63,810 nucleotides of DNA, filler included, from Choristocarpus tenellus KU-1152 (GCA_964200185.2; 9 parts of 9 records of this genome joined end to end with filler, not necessarily neighbours in it); one strand, 5' to 3'; positions 46,123 through 60,204 are shown, counted from the first letter of the whole stretch. Translations and numbers: made by a program. The notes: generated from the sequence alone by a model not told the origin.

Positions 46123-46570
46123 CACGACCCATGTGTCCCAAACCTCGATGGCATCAAGTCCATGCACAGGTTCTTCACTGATCGACTCACCACCGGAGAC
46201 TCCCGTGCATTGATATACACCGAACTGTCGTGCTACTGCACGAACTGTTCCATCGGCAACCTGACCCAATGCAGGTGGCAACTAACCTACGTGTCCCCGC
46301 TTAAGGAGATACACCTCGGATTTCCACGGAAACAGGAATGGGCGATACGTATCTGAGAAGCCAGCTGTCGAGGAAGAAGAGACAGCTCGCTGAGGGGAAC
46401 ATATGCATTGTGCGGACACAGCCATCGGAGTACCATGGTATAGAGTTCTTGCCATTCACTGTCCACCGCAAGGACACAATTCAATGGAATGCCAGACACC
46501 ACTCCAGCTACGGAGGGATATTCAGTGCTGGAGATGAGGTCGTCTTTGTCACTGAAGACTTCGAGGTGCT
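46123..46570 (+). pseudogene. Candidate C-terminal relic of a Sola-type DNA transposase
   Basis: LDGIKSMHRF...LIYTELSCYCTNC..GN..QC resembles the G.+..H.F...LSCxCxxC C-terminal motif I recall from Sola2/3-type transposases. Stop codon upstream and an apparent frameshift. No catalytic core is visible. Confidence 0.45.
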
Positions 46571-46974
46571 GAGTCCTAGCTTTGTTGTTGGAGTGCCAAC
46601 TATTTGCATGTCACGGATGGCCAAGGTGAGAAACGTTTCTTATTGTTTCTAACAGAACAATGCTCCACACGAATGAATCCACGCTGTCTGTATACAGATA
46701 TTGCATATCCCCTGATATCCCCTGATATCCCCTCATACCCAAATAAAATCCTCCCATAACGTCCAACCTGACATCCAAACCAGTGTCATTTTTTTCTCCT
46801 CCTCTACAACCGCAATCGTCAACTTTCACAGAATATTTTACAACTTCCGTAGGGCAAATAAGCATGTCCCATTCCTTCATTTCGCCATCAAAGTGTATCC
46901 TCTATCCTACGTAAACCTCTCCATTCCTCAAAACCAAAACAAACAACAACCCTTTACAACCAAACAAGACCATC

Positions 46975-47640
46975 ATGGGCAAACACATGACAATAGTCCA
47001 ACACACCAACACAGCCCCTGCAACGAACATCTTTGTGGTGATGCAGGACCCGGTCCCGGGTCCCCGTGTCGTGCCCCTTCAGGCTATCATCATCCTATAT
47101 GACGCAGACATCCACCACAACCACCTGGACAACGCATTCACGATCCTGCCTGGTCAATACCAGAGGCTCACCTCAGAATCCAACCGGCAATCCCTCGGTG
47201 GGATACCTGCTCGCTTCTAAAGGCAACTCAGACGTGGGGACACATCTGACGTCAGGTTTGGTCGAAGAACCAGCTTCATCCTATGCGCAAGTGGGGGGTC
47301 TATCGTACAGGGGAAGGTCAGCGATGTTCACGTGGATGGTTCAGGGGCGTACATTTACTCAGTGTCCTATGTTCCGGACGATGGCGAAAAATCAATACCC
47401 CCTAATCTGAGGTCGTACATGACAGAGGACGAGATCAAGGAGGGTGTCAACCAACTTGGGGAGAAGAACAAGAGGGACAGCGTGGAGGATGCAGTCTGGC
47501 GTGTCAGACAACGTCGCCGGTTGATGGTTGATCGACAGCAGAAGCATATTGACATGGAGAAGGAGGATACAGGGAAATATATACTCCTTGAACCGACACT
47601 GAGGGCTGTGCCGGATTTAAATGAGGGAGAAACACTCAAT
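46975..47640 (+). pseudogene. Unknown 222-codon reading frame with one internal TAA, ended by a MITE insertion
   Basis: ORFs 46975-47220 and 47332-47643 share a frame and are separated only by the TAA at 47218-47220. Confidence 0.45.
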
Positions 47641-47641
47641 T

Positions 47642-47900
47642 GAGTCAAAGTATCTTAGAGGGCAAAGCCGCGTCCATTTGGGGGTCAAAATCCAATGTTG
47701 GAAATTTGATGTTATTTTGGCTATCATGTTGGTTAGGAGATGTCAATATCCTTGTTCTGGACACTCCTTTTCATAACGTATACATTTTACCTACTCCGAA
47801 ACGTTTTGGAGTAGGTAAAATGCCATTATAAACCCGTGAGAAGTCAAGCCCCAAATGGACAAACAGGGCAAAAATCGTACCCTCTAAGATACTTTCACTC
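47642..47900 (+). mobile_element. 260-bp MITE copy (Sola2-like)
   Basis: GAGTCAAAGTATCTTAGAGGG ... ACCCTCTAAGATACTTTCACTC. Confidence 0.9.
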
Positions 47901-48896
47901 TTGTTGCATTCCTGGAAGGTTTATGGCCGTACGCTGTAATTGATTATTTGGCTCTTGATTTCCCCACAACAAAATTGAACGATAAGAGCAGTTGCCAAAA
48001 CTGTTTCGTAACCCACTCTCGAAACAAAACAAAACAAAAATGTATTCATCACCCCTTTTTATATCTATACTTCCATATACATGCATCAGAGCATGTGCCT
48101 GCATATATATCCTTCTTATCCACTTCGCTTCTTTCGCCCCCGCCTCAAAATTAACTTGCTTGTATTTCACCTTCAGGTTCTCACGTGGTATAAAAGGCAA
48201 AAACATATTCACAAGAACACAGCTGGGTGAAGAGCTGCAGGCCTCCTACACGGAGGTTCCAGTATACTATAAGGCCCTACGGAACGAGGGAAACNNNNNN
48301 NNNNNNNNNNNNNNNNNNNNNNNNNNNNNNNNNNNNNNTTAATTAATTAANNNNNNNNNNNNNNNNNNNNNNNNNNNNNNNNNNNNNNNNNNNNATAGAC
48401 CGACCAAATGAAATAAAGCAGCACCTCCATCCCTCAGTCCTCATTTCAATCATTCCCTTCTGTACATACCATTCAAAAAGGGGCCCTAAAAAGGTTTTAT
48501 GACATTTACAAAAAAAACATGTGGGCACTTTCCGCACACCATTTGGGTCAAACCCATCCTCCATGAAATGATCCATCCGCCACTATCATGATCCGCTGTT
48601 AAATGTAAAATACTTGCCTTGTTAGATCACTTCCCTAAACATACTTCAATGTCACATCCCTCGGAACGATATGTGTACCCCCTTTCCCTCTCCAGTGGGA
48701 CCTCTTTGACTTGACATCCCCCACTTCAAAGAAAAGCTCAGGGGCTAATATGTGTGACGTAAAGTTACATTTTTTTGTGTATGCAGCACCGTTCGTTCAT
48801 AACATTTGTATGTGTACCGGTGTAACACCTTACAAAAAAAAATGCACAACTGTTTCAAAAGAGTGTGTGTATGGCCTCACAACCCCACCCCCATAC

Positions 48897-49751
48897 TGTT
48901 GAAACCTGATTTCGTATGAGTTGTGCATTGTTGTAGGGTGGGTAGTTCGAGGTAGCGAAGGGTATCATAGTGAAACAAAGTACTGATGAATTTAATATGT
49001 CGGGTCTGCTGATGACATGTTTTACTCAAGCAGACAATGGTTGGCGTGAAAACGCGTTTGGTTGTACTATGGTTAACATGTTCAGGGGCAAGTGTTTGTC
49101 ATTGTTCAACAAGACACCTGCGGGTCCGGTCTGGTGCATCTGAAGGCATTTTTTACTCAATCAGACTATAGTTGATGTGAAATGTGTACAGGTACGTCTG
49201 GCAGCATATTTTACTCAAGCAGACTATGGTTGGTGTGAAATATGTGATCATTCATTGCGACGCCCAAATGAAGAAATTCATTTTCTGTGAAGAGGCTTTG
49301 TCACCTTAGCCGAGAAGGGTTTCAAAGGATGGTTTTAACTCTGGTTATATTGCATCCCGGTGTATTTGTCTGGTACACGTATTACAGAGTGAGCAGGATG
49401 TCGTACGAGGGGTAATGGCAGTCAAGTAAAAAATAACAAACACATACTATGCAACTGTTAACTTGCGTGAGAAAAAGAAGTAACACGAGGAAGAAAGAAG
49501 AAGCCAAGCTTGAATCCATATCTTAGTTAACTACTGCCACACATAGTATGGTTGTATGAGTGATAGGTAGCGACTGTTCTTATACCTCCTATATACTGTG
49601 ATCTTCTGAGTGAGTTGTGATGATGAGATAATGAGCTAATTTGATGTAAGTGGGAATCGCGACCATTGCAATGGACAAATCAACGTTCAGTGCGGACTAA
49701 CGATACTATATCGTATCAAAGCAAATCGAACGAGCAGTCTATGTTTTAACA
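48897..49751 (-). mobile_element. Solo LTR (855 bp) of Copia family A with 5-bp TSD CATAC
   Basis: CATAC|TGTTG...TTAACA|CATAC. It is the reverse-complement homologue of 51018-51796. Confidence 0.88.
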
Positions 49752-52700
49752 CATACAGCCTTACTACGTCTCTATCTATTGCCTCCCCCGAAATCACGTT
49801 GTTCTGGGGGTTGTTTTGCGTAAATACACCTGTTCAATAAGTTGGCAGCCTGCACGATATCTGCCATCTCTATTCCAATACTTGATGGGGCACATATTTT
49901 ATAGCCAGATTTCCCTGTCCCCTGTAACATGTCACACACAACCAACAGCACTGCACACACCTTTGCCTTGACCACTTATTCCCTGCCCACATTCAACACT
50001 TCCTACTTGAACACCAATGATAGATGAACTTGTATCATCACCCTAAACACAACGTACCACTCTATTTGAAAAAATAAGATACTTCCAAACATTTCCTCTC
50101 AGGCATGTCACTCCATCTTGCGATGTCCCTTGGTGTGCTTTCTTCCAGTTGTTTCTCAAGCACATGATAAGATTATTGTCTGTGGATAGGTTGTCAAGAT
50201 TATGCTTGACCGTTTGTGAGAATAAGATTCACAGTAATATTTTATGTACGCACAGACAATGATGCAGGCGGGACATTAGGGATATTTAGGCAGGGTGTTT
50301 GACCAGAAGAAATTGGCAGAATGTTAGAGTCGTCGGAGTATTTCTGACGTGTGCTCGAGAACTTTTGAGTCATTTGGTATTCTGAGTCATTTACTTTAAG
50401 TTTTGGCGAGCCCCATCTGATGGTGTCTCTCTTCTCAACTTTGATACAAGCTAATAAACAATAAAATATATGGTTATGTGGGACAACAGATCGTCAAGGA
50501 CAGCTTAACACAGGTGATGCACACAAACGCAGGACCTTCATGGCAAAGGAGGACGTGAGGCGTGTGGGTGTGAGACGGTTGCAGGTTGTGTGTATGCCAG
50601 CACAAGACGTTTTAGTTGTTGGGTGTCGAGCGCATTTTTGTCACTGTTTCTCATGCAACATCCTCATCTCTAAGAACCATGTAGCAATATCGTGCCATGA
50701 ATATATTTCACCCCCCCCCCCTCGTGTCCGAGTTGGTCTACAAGCAAGGAGGAAAGTATTCCAAGTACAGTGTCCATTTTGATCTTCTTCTGACTGCGCA
50801 GGGAACTTGAATTGGAAGGTCTGCAAACTGTTAAAACATAGGCTACTCATTTGATTTGTTTTGATACGATACAGTATCGGCAGTCCATACTGAATGTTGA
50901 TTTGTCCATTGCAATGCTCGCTATTCTCACCTACCTCATTATTAGCTCCTCATCACAACACCATCAATCACCTTCTGATCACAGTACACAGGAAGCATAA
51001 GAACAGTCGCTTCCTATTGTTAAGACATAAGCTACTCATTCGATTTGCTTTGATACCATACAGCATCGTCAGTCCATACTGAACGCTGATTTGTCCATTG
51101 CAATGGTCGCTAATCCCAATTACATCATTAGTTCATTAGCTCATCATCACAACTCACTCAGAAAATGTGTGACAATAGTTACGTTAGATATGGATCCAAG
51201 CCTGGTTTCTTCTTTCTTCCTCGTTTTACTTCTTTTTCACACAAGTGATCAGTTGCATAGCATGTGTTGATTCTTATTTTTTACTTCACAGGCATTGCCC
51301 CTCAAGAAAACATCCAATCACTCTGCAACACGTATAAGACATGTCCGGATGCAATAAAACAGAGTTAAAACCATCCTTCGAAACCCTTCTCTGCCAAGGT
51401 GACAGCCCTCTTCACAGAGAATGAATTTCTTCATTTGAGCGCCTCAATGAATGACCACACAGTTTCTATCAATCACAATCTGCTCTGAGTAAAACATGCC
51501 ACAGATGTACCAGTACACATTTCACTCCAACCAAAGTCTGATCGAGTAAGACATCCCTTCAGGCGTACCAGACCGAACTCACAAGTGTCTTGTTGCACTT
51601 TGAGACACTTGCCTCTAAAAGTGTTAATCACAGCACATCCAAACATACCTTTACATCGAACACTGTCTGACTGAATACAACATGTCATGAGACCTACCAG
51701 AACAAATTCATCAGTGCTTTGTTGCACTGTGATCTCTTCATCACAAACCAGACACATCAAAACAACACACAACTCATACGAAATCAGGTTTCAACAGGTT
51801 ATGTGCCTCAACACTTGATCGACACATACTACACCACATTTACCCGACCTTGTCTTGTACTACCACCAACTTCACACTAGATAACCCCACTGTACTGCTA
51901 AGGAATGTCAGCTAACACCATTTCCCCTGGCGAAGCCTTCCCTTGAACCGTGTCCGCACTCCATGCTGTGAGCACCTGGAGCTGTGTGACTCCTCAGGTC
52001 CATTGAGTTTTATCCAGCGCACTTCCCATCCTTCCACCGCTACCACTCCACCCTCCACGGCATACGAAGAAGACCAGCCGTTCGGCATCCTCCTTTGCTA
52101 CCTGCCGTTGACGTTCAAAAGACCTTGACGGACTCCAGCAGTGGGACGAAACTCACATCAATGATGGCTTATCAGAATGGCATTCCCTCAAGTCCAAGGA
52201 CGAAGCTGCAATGGAACAACGGATTCGTGCTATTTATCACCGGTTCCAGCTTTGTACTATGGACACTGGCGAGGATACCGACCAGTGACTCATACGCCCC
52301 TACAAGGCTAAGATCTGAGTTGGGGACCCCGCAGCCTTCCTTTCACTGCTCGAGCTCACCACTGACTGCTGCTACTGTCACCAACCTGGTCACCCCCTGC
52401 GCCAATGTCCCAACTGTCCCTCTGTCCCCACCCACTCACCACCCTAAGCCACCACCTCATCACCACCCCACGCCCCTGCCACACTTCCTTACGCTTGGTG
52501 TTCCTACCACATGACACCTCCGCGCCCTGATCGAGAATACCGAGGACAACATCAACACCCTTGCTCACCGCCCATCCATCACTCACACCCACCTACTTCC
52601 AATCATGCCCAATGACACACCCCCAGCACAAGACACACCCACGACCGACCCCACTCCAATCATATCTGATCCTGGCTGCACGGCCCCCATTGCCAATCCC

Positions 52701-53772
52701 TCCCTTTATCCATACCACCCACCACCTCTTATCACACCCCTTTTCCATGCCCATCCCATCACTGCCTCCAGCATAGGGAACCTCCATCTCACTACAGATT
52801 GGCCAGCCACCTTCACTAGACTGCTGTAGCAAAACACATCACGACCTGCCCCCATTGTCCTTCACTGCCCCGCTGGTACCTATTTATAGTCGTTATCTGT
52901 ACTCCACATGTGCTATGGCGATTACTGGCTGGACTGCAGTAATTAATCACACACACACTTACTGGCTGACAATGGCAAGACACACATTCCGGAGCTTGGA
53001 CGCCTTGTACCACTTGGACTTCTCCCCGTGTCTCCCAATCCCGCCACCTACATTCCAATACGTGCCCTCCCGGCTTCCCTAACTCTAACCCCTCCACCAT
53101 CCCGCCCACCTACCTACCTGCCCCTCCCCCCCCAGTAACAACTGCCCTGACCTATTAATCCCTCCTCACCTGGCACCACCTCAATGACCGGGGCCTCCAC
53201 TGCTGTGACACCATCCATCCAACTGCCAATACTATCCATGCCACTGACCACATCCATCGCTGCCCTTCTGCAACCCCAACAATTTCCAACACACTCCGAC
53301 CCCTGTCCGCATAACACTTTACACACCGCCTCCACAAGCCCAGACTCACCTACCTCATTTTCCGGGCCGCCACACGGCCATCTCCACCTACTGCTACCCT
53401 ACCACACATCGACCGCTTGTTCACAAGTCCCTACACCCCACAGCACCTGCCCAAGACCACCCCCCCCCATCTACACACCTCAGCACCTGCTAAAGATCAT
53501 CCTTCCCCCCATCTAGACACCACAACCCCTGCCCAAGTCACACACCATACACACCACTCATCCTGCCCAAGACGATCACCTTCCTTCCCCCCCCCTTTCA
53601 CACTACTTACCACAAAAGAAAGAGGACCCAAAAACCTCAGCCACACCATCATCAGCCACATCATTGCCACAATCTACACCAACCCAACCTACCTACACAC
53701 AATCCTCCCACTCACATCTCCTGCCGAGAAGCTCCTTCCAATTTACCCATCCACAGTCCCTCCAAACAACCC

Positions 53773-56700
53773 TGTTGAGAAGCTTGGCGTATGTAAGGCT
53801 AGTCGCCGAAAGCTATCAGTTGAATTGCATGGTAAAGCACACACTGAATTATTAATTCTCCGCAGGGTATTGTCCACTTGATGCTATTGTCCCAATATAC
53901 CATTTGTAATGTCCCATTGACCCACCATAACGTACCACTGTGTACGTTACTACCTTGTATTGTACTAAACTAAAGTTCAACGTACATATAAGCTATGTTG
54001 TTTACTTGGGTCAGCACAGATAACGTAAGGATAACACTAGGTTATTCGACATCCTCCCCTTGCTGAAAACAAGTATTCTCAAACAATCACAACAAGAACA
54101 AAACAAGAAAAATAAAACACACATGCTGTGTCACATGTTCATCAAAAACTTTACATGTTGTCTAAAAACTCGGAATGGAAAATTCTTGTTCAATACATCT
54201 GCCCTCTGATTTGCAGTACCAACAAAAACAACACTAATCTCTTCTTTTCTAGACAAATCCCTCAGAAAATGATATCGGACATCAATGTGCTTTGTTCTAG
54301 CTTGTGGCATTTCGTACTAGTTTGCATGCACCATCGTTATCCTCAAACATGTTAATGAAAGGCCTAGGAAACTGTGGCCGAATAAACTCAAAAAAAAATC
54401 TCAAGAAACGTAATTCCTGTGCCACACTACTATGAGCTATGTATTCACTCTCTGTGGAAGACAGAGCTACAACTCTTTGTACCTTTGACATCCAAGTTAT
54501 TGCTCCTCCAGTCACTGATCTTCGATCATTCCAGTCTCCAGCATAACTAGCATCAGCATCCGCATTCAACTCACACTCAGTATCAAAACAACCAAAACTC
54601 AATCCAACACTGGGACACGTATTCAAATATGCTAAAATGCATTTCACTGCACGTCAACGTGTTACTTTGGGATTGCTACTGTACTTGGCAACTTCACAAA
54701 CTGCATTTGCAATGTCAAGCCTAGTCATAACAGATGCCCATATCAAACTATCAACTGCCTCTCTGTACGGTGTATTTTCATCAACACTTGAATGATTCTC
54801 ACTCTTATCTAGGGTCCTTGAGAGATCATGGGGTACCGACCTCTTCTTTGCCCCATCCATACCAAATCTTTGACAAACATTCTCAATGTACCTAGTCTGA
54901 CTGATGGTGACAGTCTATGCAGTTCTGTCACGTGAAATCTCACAACCCATATAATACTCAAGATCACCAAACTCTTCTATGGAAAACTGCTCTTTGATCC
55001 TAGAGCGAATCCAAATCAAACATCAATTTTACCAGCTACCAATAGATCATCTACGTGGGGGGCTATCACAGCACAAACAACGCCATCTCTTATATAGCGT
55101 AACACACAAGGGTCTGATTTGCATTGCTCAAAAGCACACTTTTCCAAAACGTGCACCGACAGATTATTAAACTCTCTGCTTGCCTGTTTGGTGTATAAAG
55201 TGCCTTGATCAAACGTACAATCTTTCCAGACCATATACCACATCCATCACATAAACGTATAAAAATCTCTTCACTAATATCAGCTTGTATGAATGTTTGC
55301 TTTACATCCCAATGTTTTAATTCCCAATCTTTGTCTGCAGCTAAAGCTAATACCATTTTCAAAGATGCAGGGGACGGTGTTGGTGCAAAGGTATCTTGAT
55401 AATCTAAACCCTCAATCTGTCGAAAACCTTTGCTACTAAACGTGCCTTGTATCTAACTACCTCACCAAATTTGTTAGTCTAAAGCTTGTGAATCCATTTA
55501 GTGTCTATTGCCCTGCGTCCAGGGGGTAATACGGCCTCCACACAAACATTATTCAACAACAAACCAGACACCTCTTCTGCTCCAGCTCGATCCCATAAAT
55601 CACATTCGCGAGAGCTACGTGCTGCTCTTACAGTCTTGGGTTCTGGAGGGAGCTCATCCACTAACACTCTAATAGAATCATCACTCGCACACATCACAAG
55701 GGTAGTCTATATGGAAACAGACAAACAAGTCATAAAAAAATGTAAATGTCAAAAACTGCAGCTTTGGCGGAAGTAGGATGATTGCCTTATCTGGTGCGGT
55801 GGATAAGGATGTTGTCTTCACCATTGCCAATACTCAGTCGTCGTATTCCCTTTCACATTGGCTGTCCTTGGCCTCATCCACTCCATTATCATCACCATCA
55901 TTGCTATCCTCAATCTCCTTTACCTCGTTTTCACCATCAATGTTGTTCTCATTCTTCTCCACAAGTCTATCACTATCCCAGGTGTCATCAGATTTATCAT
56001 CGCCACTTAGTCCACCTTCAATCCAGGTGATTCCGTCATCATTACATTCACCCCCCATCTCCTGGATTTTTCCAGTCCGCCTTCTTGTATGTGGAGGGAG
56101 GATGTATCCTGGAGTGTCATCTAAATCTTCAGTAGTCCTTCGGCGTGCATGGGGAGGAAGGATGTATCCAGGAGTCATCCAAATCATCATGATCCCGGTC
56201 TAAATCAGAGATTGGAAAACGGACTCTGCCATCCTTGGTTGGGTGCCAATGTATGTTTGCTCGTTGAATGACACGATTTTTAGTGAAGTCTAGGACGCGG
56301 AAAGTGCCACAGGGTTGATTTTCAGATATACCGACCATGATGTACTGTTGTCCGCGACTCCCAAGCTTATGTCCAGGACTAGACTTGTAGTATCCAGGGC
56401 TTCCAAATGCTGGGACGCTCACTAGGGATCCAATTTTCCCATACAAAGCTCTATAAGGGGAAGTCCCCTTATTAGCAACAGTTGCACTTCTGTTGAGGAT
56501 GTAGGCTGAATGGTTGTATGCCCCTTTCCATAAACACATTTAGTCCTCCAATCCTGCAGAATAAATGCTGGCCCTGCCACTATCCACTTGAGCAATGCGA
56601 CATTCGACCACACCATTATACTGGGGTTCCCCTGTCCTGGTAATTTCCTGTACCGCACCTATTTCCATAACCAAGTCCAGGAATTCCTCACTCTGCCATT

Positions 56701-57890
56701 CACCCCCTGGATCATGTCGAATATATTTAATGCGTCGCCCACTTGGAAGTACCTCAGTCTTAAACCATCATCTAAGAGTTTTTGCAGCATAGCTCTTCTT
56801 TGGGAGTAGTCTTATCCAGGTGAAGCGAGTTGCATCATCGACAATTGCCAGGGCGTACTCAGTCCCACCGTGTGATTTAACTTTCTTCGGTCCCGTGAGG
56901 TCAATAAAGACGCGAGTGAAGGGCCCCCTAGCTCGTGCAGTGGTGGATTTTGGGACAGGGTCTTTTATCCTAATCCCTTTTGCGCACCCTATGGACTTTG
57001 TTGATGCTCAGTTTCCCATCAGTGTGATTCCTTGTTCCTTAGCTGTGTGTCAAAGAATTTTCTCACCAGCGTGATTGAGGATGCGATGAAAAACAGTGAT
57101 GTGCATGGGTGTTGTAGAGACAGTTGACCCCAAAGGTATTTCTTCTGGGGGTGGTAACCTTTCGGCGTTAGCTGCATACATGGATCCATTCCACTTAAAA
57201 ACGAGCGGTTAACCCCCCCAGATATGATATGCATCACCAATCAATTTGATATTCACTTCCTTAGTCCTACCAGCAGAATGTGAAGAGAGAAGATTGAAAG
57301 CTACTTTCGGGACAAATGCAACGGACGTCAGAGTAACATGCACCCACTCATCGCGGCCAACATTGAAATTTAAATCAATCTTGCCATACCCCATAATGAG
57401 TAGTGATTGCCATCAGTCACGGTCATGTTGTGGCCTTGTGGACATGTGGTGAAGTCATACACGTACTGCGAGTCTTTCGTTACACCGTTGGAAGCACCCG
57501 AATCAAAAATCCATGTTTCGAAAGCATTCAATCTCACCTTGCCATTATCAGCCGCAGTGGTAACATGGTCTTGAACTTCCTAGATTCCCTAGCTGGTTCG
57601 TCTGGTTCAGCTAGTATCCCCGCCGACTTTAAGGGGTTTGCCCTCCTCTGTGGGCACACAGCTCGCAGGTGGCCAATCTTCCCGCAGCTGTAACATATGG
57701 TCCTCGGAATATACAGGAACCGAAATGCTTAACCAATCCACACTTACCACATATCTCTCGAGCCTTGGTTAGCCCCCTGGAACGGGACCCTGTCGTCCCA
57801 GGGTCAATACGGTGACCAGTCGTACCCCGGCTGCCACCTCGGCCAGCCTTTTTCACGTTCCTCGCGGCCAAAGTGCTCCTGGGCTCTCCG
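53773..57890 (-). mobile_element. Degenerate Ty1/Copia element B (gag zinc knuckle, protease, integrase, RT, RNase H, PPT, 3' LTR 54051-53773). 5' LTR not found.
   Basis: CYSCGKIGHLRAVC, WIFDSGAS, AYILNRS..SPY..LYGK, LPPGRRAIDTKWI, HWDVKQTFIQ, HVDDLLVAG, DADASYAGDWNDRRSVTG..VALSSTESEY in Copia order, with many frameshifts. PPT AAGGGGAGGA abuts the LTR TGTCG...CAACA. Confidence 0.95.
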
Positions 57891-58009
57891 TGATCTCCTA
57901 TCTCTCATTGAAGTGAGAAATAGCGTGAGCGAGCAGCTTGTTGTATGTAGTTCTCGAACACTCACTCTTGTTATGGTGCTGGAGATAGTGTTTAGTGATC
58001 TGATTAGTT

Positions 58010-58250
58010 TTGCACGCAGACAAAGACATCACAACTACAACCCCAGTATTTACTTCGTTCGTGTACGCACACGACATGGACATCACTGCCTACAACTCAA
58101 ATACCTATTTTGTTCGTGTACGCAAAAGACATGGGCATCACTACTACAACCCCAAGACTTACTTCGTCTGTGTACGCAGATGACATAGGCATGAGTGCCT
58201 ACAACCCCAGTACGTATTTCGTTCGTGTACACAGACATGAACATCACTGG
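58010..58250 (+). repeat. Minisatellite, about 56-bp unit, 4 copies
   Basis: Recurring CTACAACCCCA...TT(C/T)GTTCGTGTACGCA.A.GACAT..CATCAC. Confidence 0.8.
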
Positions 58251-59815
58251 CAGCCACTCCAACACCCAAGCACAACTAACAAGCGTCCTGCACAAGAACT
58301 TGCCACAAAAGTACATTCAACACCTTCAATTTCTATGTGCTCCTTCCACACAGCACATTGACTCTTCAACAAGTGTCCCTTTGCACCACTGTAGAATTGT
58401 ATTCATATTATTATGCCCTCTGACATTTTGCAGCTCTGTAGAATTGTATTATATTTCACAAACATCGTCATCATCTTTTATATTTGCACGCATTCAAGAT
58501 TCCTTCACACTTGTAATTAATTTTCCCTTCATTCTTTGTGGTTTTACCGTTTGGTTCGACTTCTCTTTCATTTTTTTATTATTATGTCCTCTGACATTTT
58601 GCAGATGTGCGGGAAAACAAATGAAAACTCTACATATTATGTCAGTATAAGCCCTAAAGAAATAAAGTAGCATTTCTGTCATTTCCGTTCGTAGTCGTAC
58701 GCCACACTCCTTCAGTAGTGTTTCACTTCTTTCAGTTGGGGGAGGGTGATAATATATAAGCTACTCATTCGATTTCGTTTGATACCATACAGCATCGTCA
58801 GTCCATACTGAATTACATTATTAGTTCAATAGCTCATCATCACAAACCACTCAGAAGATATTATGGATCCAAGGTTGACTTCTTCTTTCTTCCTGTGTTG
58901 CTTCTTCTTTTTCACCCAAGTTGTCACTTTTGTATGATGTGTTGTGTGAAACAGATGGAAACAAGCCGACAGGTTCTTCGTAATGAAGAGGAGCGGGAAG
59001 ACCCCCAGGAGGCAAGATCAAAGTGAGAAAAGTCAAAAAGGGAGAGCAATCCCTCAGGAGATCACTCAGGAAAAGAGTGTTACAGCGGTAACTGAAAGAG
59101 GGGGGTTTTGGTAAGGTCACTCCAAACCACCCGATCATACTTCAAGCAGATGTTACCTTCAACATGCAAGAACAAATGTCATATGAATATCATAATGTTC
59201 AAGATAGNNNNNNNNNNNNNNNNNNNNNNNNNNNNNNNNNNNNNNNNNNNNTTAATTAATTAANNNNNNNNNNNNNNNNNNNNNNNNNNNNNNNNNNNNN
59301 NNNNNNNCTCTTTTGATAAAGCGAAAAGCGAGACATTGACTGAGCTGAACATCAAGCTGACACCGAACGTAAGGCCACAAACAATATTACCCCCTTTGGA
59401 CCTACGTGACACATGCTCGCAGCATAGAATCCCTTCCACAACCTTCCAAAATTGCTTCTATATCCATGGATTTTTTTCTGATTGGTCTCTCACGATATTT
59501 TGAGAATTCAATATATGGCTGGGGTTGTTTGAAAGTTGCAGAAATAAACATTTCTTTCCAACGAGCGCATATCAGAAACGATTCTTCCTCAGACAGAACT
59601 ATTTTTGGTGGCGTCGTACCACATCAAGAACATTTGTCAAGAACAGTCTAGCTCATGCACATCAAGGTTGAGCGCACACATCTTTTAAAAATTCATTTAG
59701 GGTGGTTACACCTGTGATAGGAAGACTTGATTGAGGTCAAAACAAAGATTAAAGAAGTAGATAGTTCTGGAACTGAGCCTGTGCTGGCAATGCAATCGGA
59801 AAGAGTTGGGTACGA

Positions 59816-60078
59816 GAGTCAAAAGTATCTTAGGGTTAGGGTAGAGCTGCGTCCATTTGGGGGCCAAAATCCATTGTTGCGATTTTGATGTAATTTTAGC
59901 TATCGTGATTGTTAGGAGATGTCAATATCCTTGTTCCGGACACACCTTTCATAACGTATACCTTTTACCTACTCGGAAACATTTTGGAGGAGGTAGCATG
60001 TCATCAAAAACCCGTGGGATGTCAAGCCCCAAATGGACAAACAGGGCAAAAATCGTACCCTCTAAGATACTTTCACTC
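59816..60078 (+). mobile_element. 260-bp MITE copy (Sola2-like) with 4-bp TSD ACGA
   Basis: ACGA|GAGTCAAAAGTATCTTAGGGTTAGGGTA ... TACCCTCTAAGATACTTTCACTC|ACGA. Confidence 0.9.
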
Positions 60079-60204
60079 ACGAGGTTGATTTGGTTTCCTA
60101 TCCTATGGGATGTTGCCTCTTCTTAGGGTAGTGCTGACACGACAAATTGTGTATGAGTTGAACTACTCTTCAGTGTTTAGCGCATGGCACATCAGTGACC
60201 TCAC

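Larger units (their letters stand above)
51018..58945 (+). mobile_element. Degenerate Copia element A: 5' LTR 51018-51796, PBS 51797-51809, gag remnant about 52130-52330, PPT 58738-58746, truncated 3' LTR from 58747. An extra partial LTR lies at 50829-50960.
   Basis: LTR TGTTA...CAACA is followed by GGTTATGTGCCTC, similar to the copia PBS GGTTATGGGCCC. Gag-like EWHSLKSKDEAAMEQRIRAIYHRFQLCTMDTGED. GGGGGAGGG precedes a second LTR start, TGATAATATATAAGCTACTCATTCG. Confidence 0.72.

Noticed and set aside
48897-51796. Apparent 2.9-kb element with 800-bp TIRs (fold-back or DIRS-like)
   Set aside because: The left arm has its own 5-bp TSD and the right arm is followed by a PBS and gag, so they are two independent LTRs in opposite orientation.
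52400-53770. Several Pro/His/Thr-rich ORFs
   Set aside because: C/A-rich low-complexity interior of Copia element A, open in several frames because of base composition.
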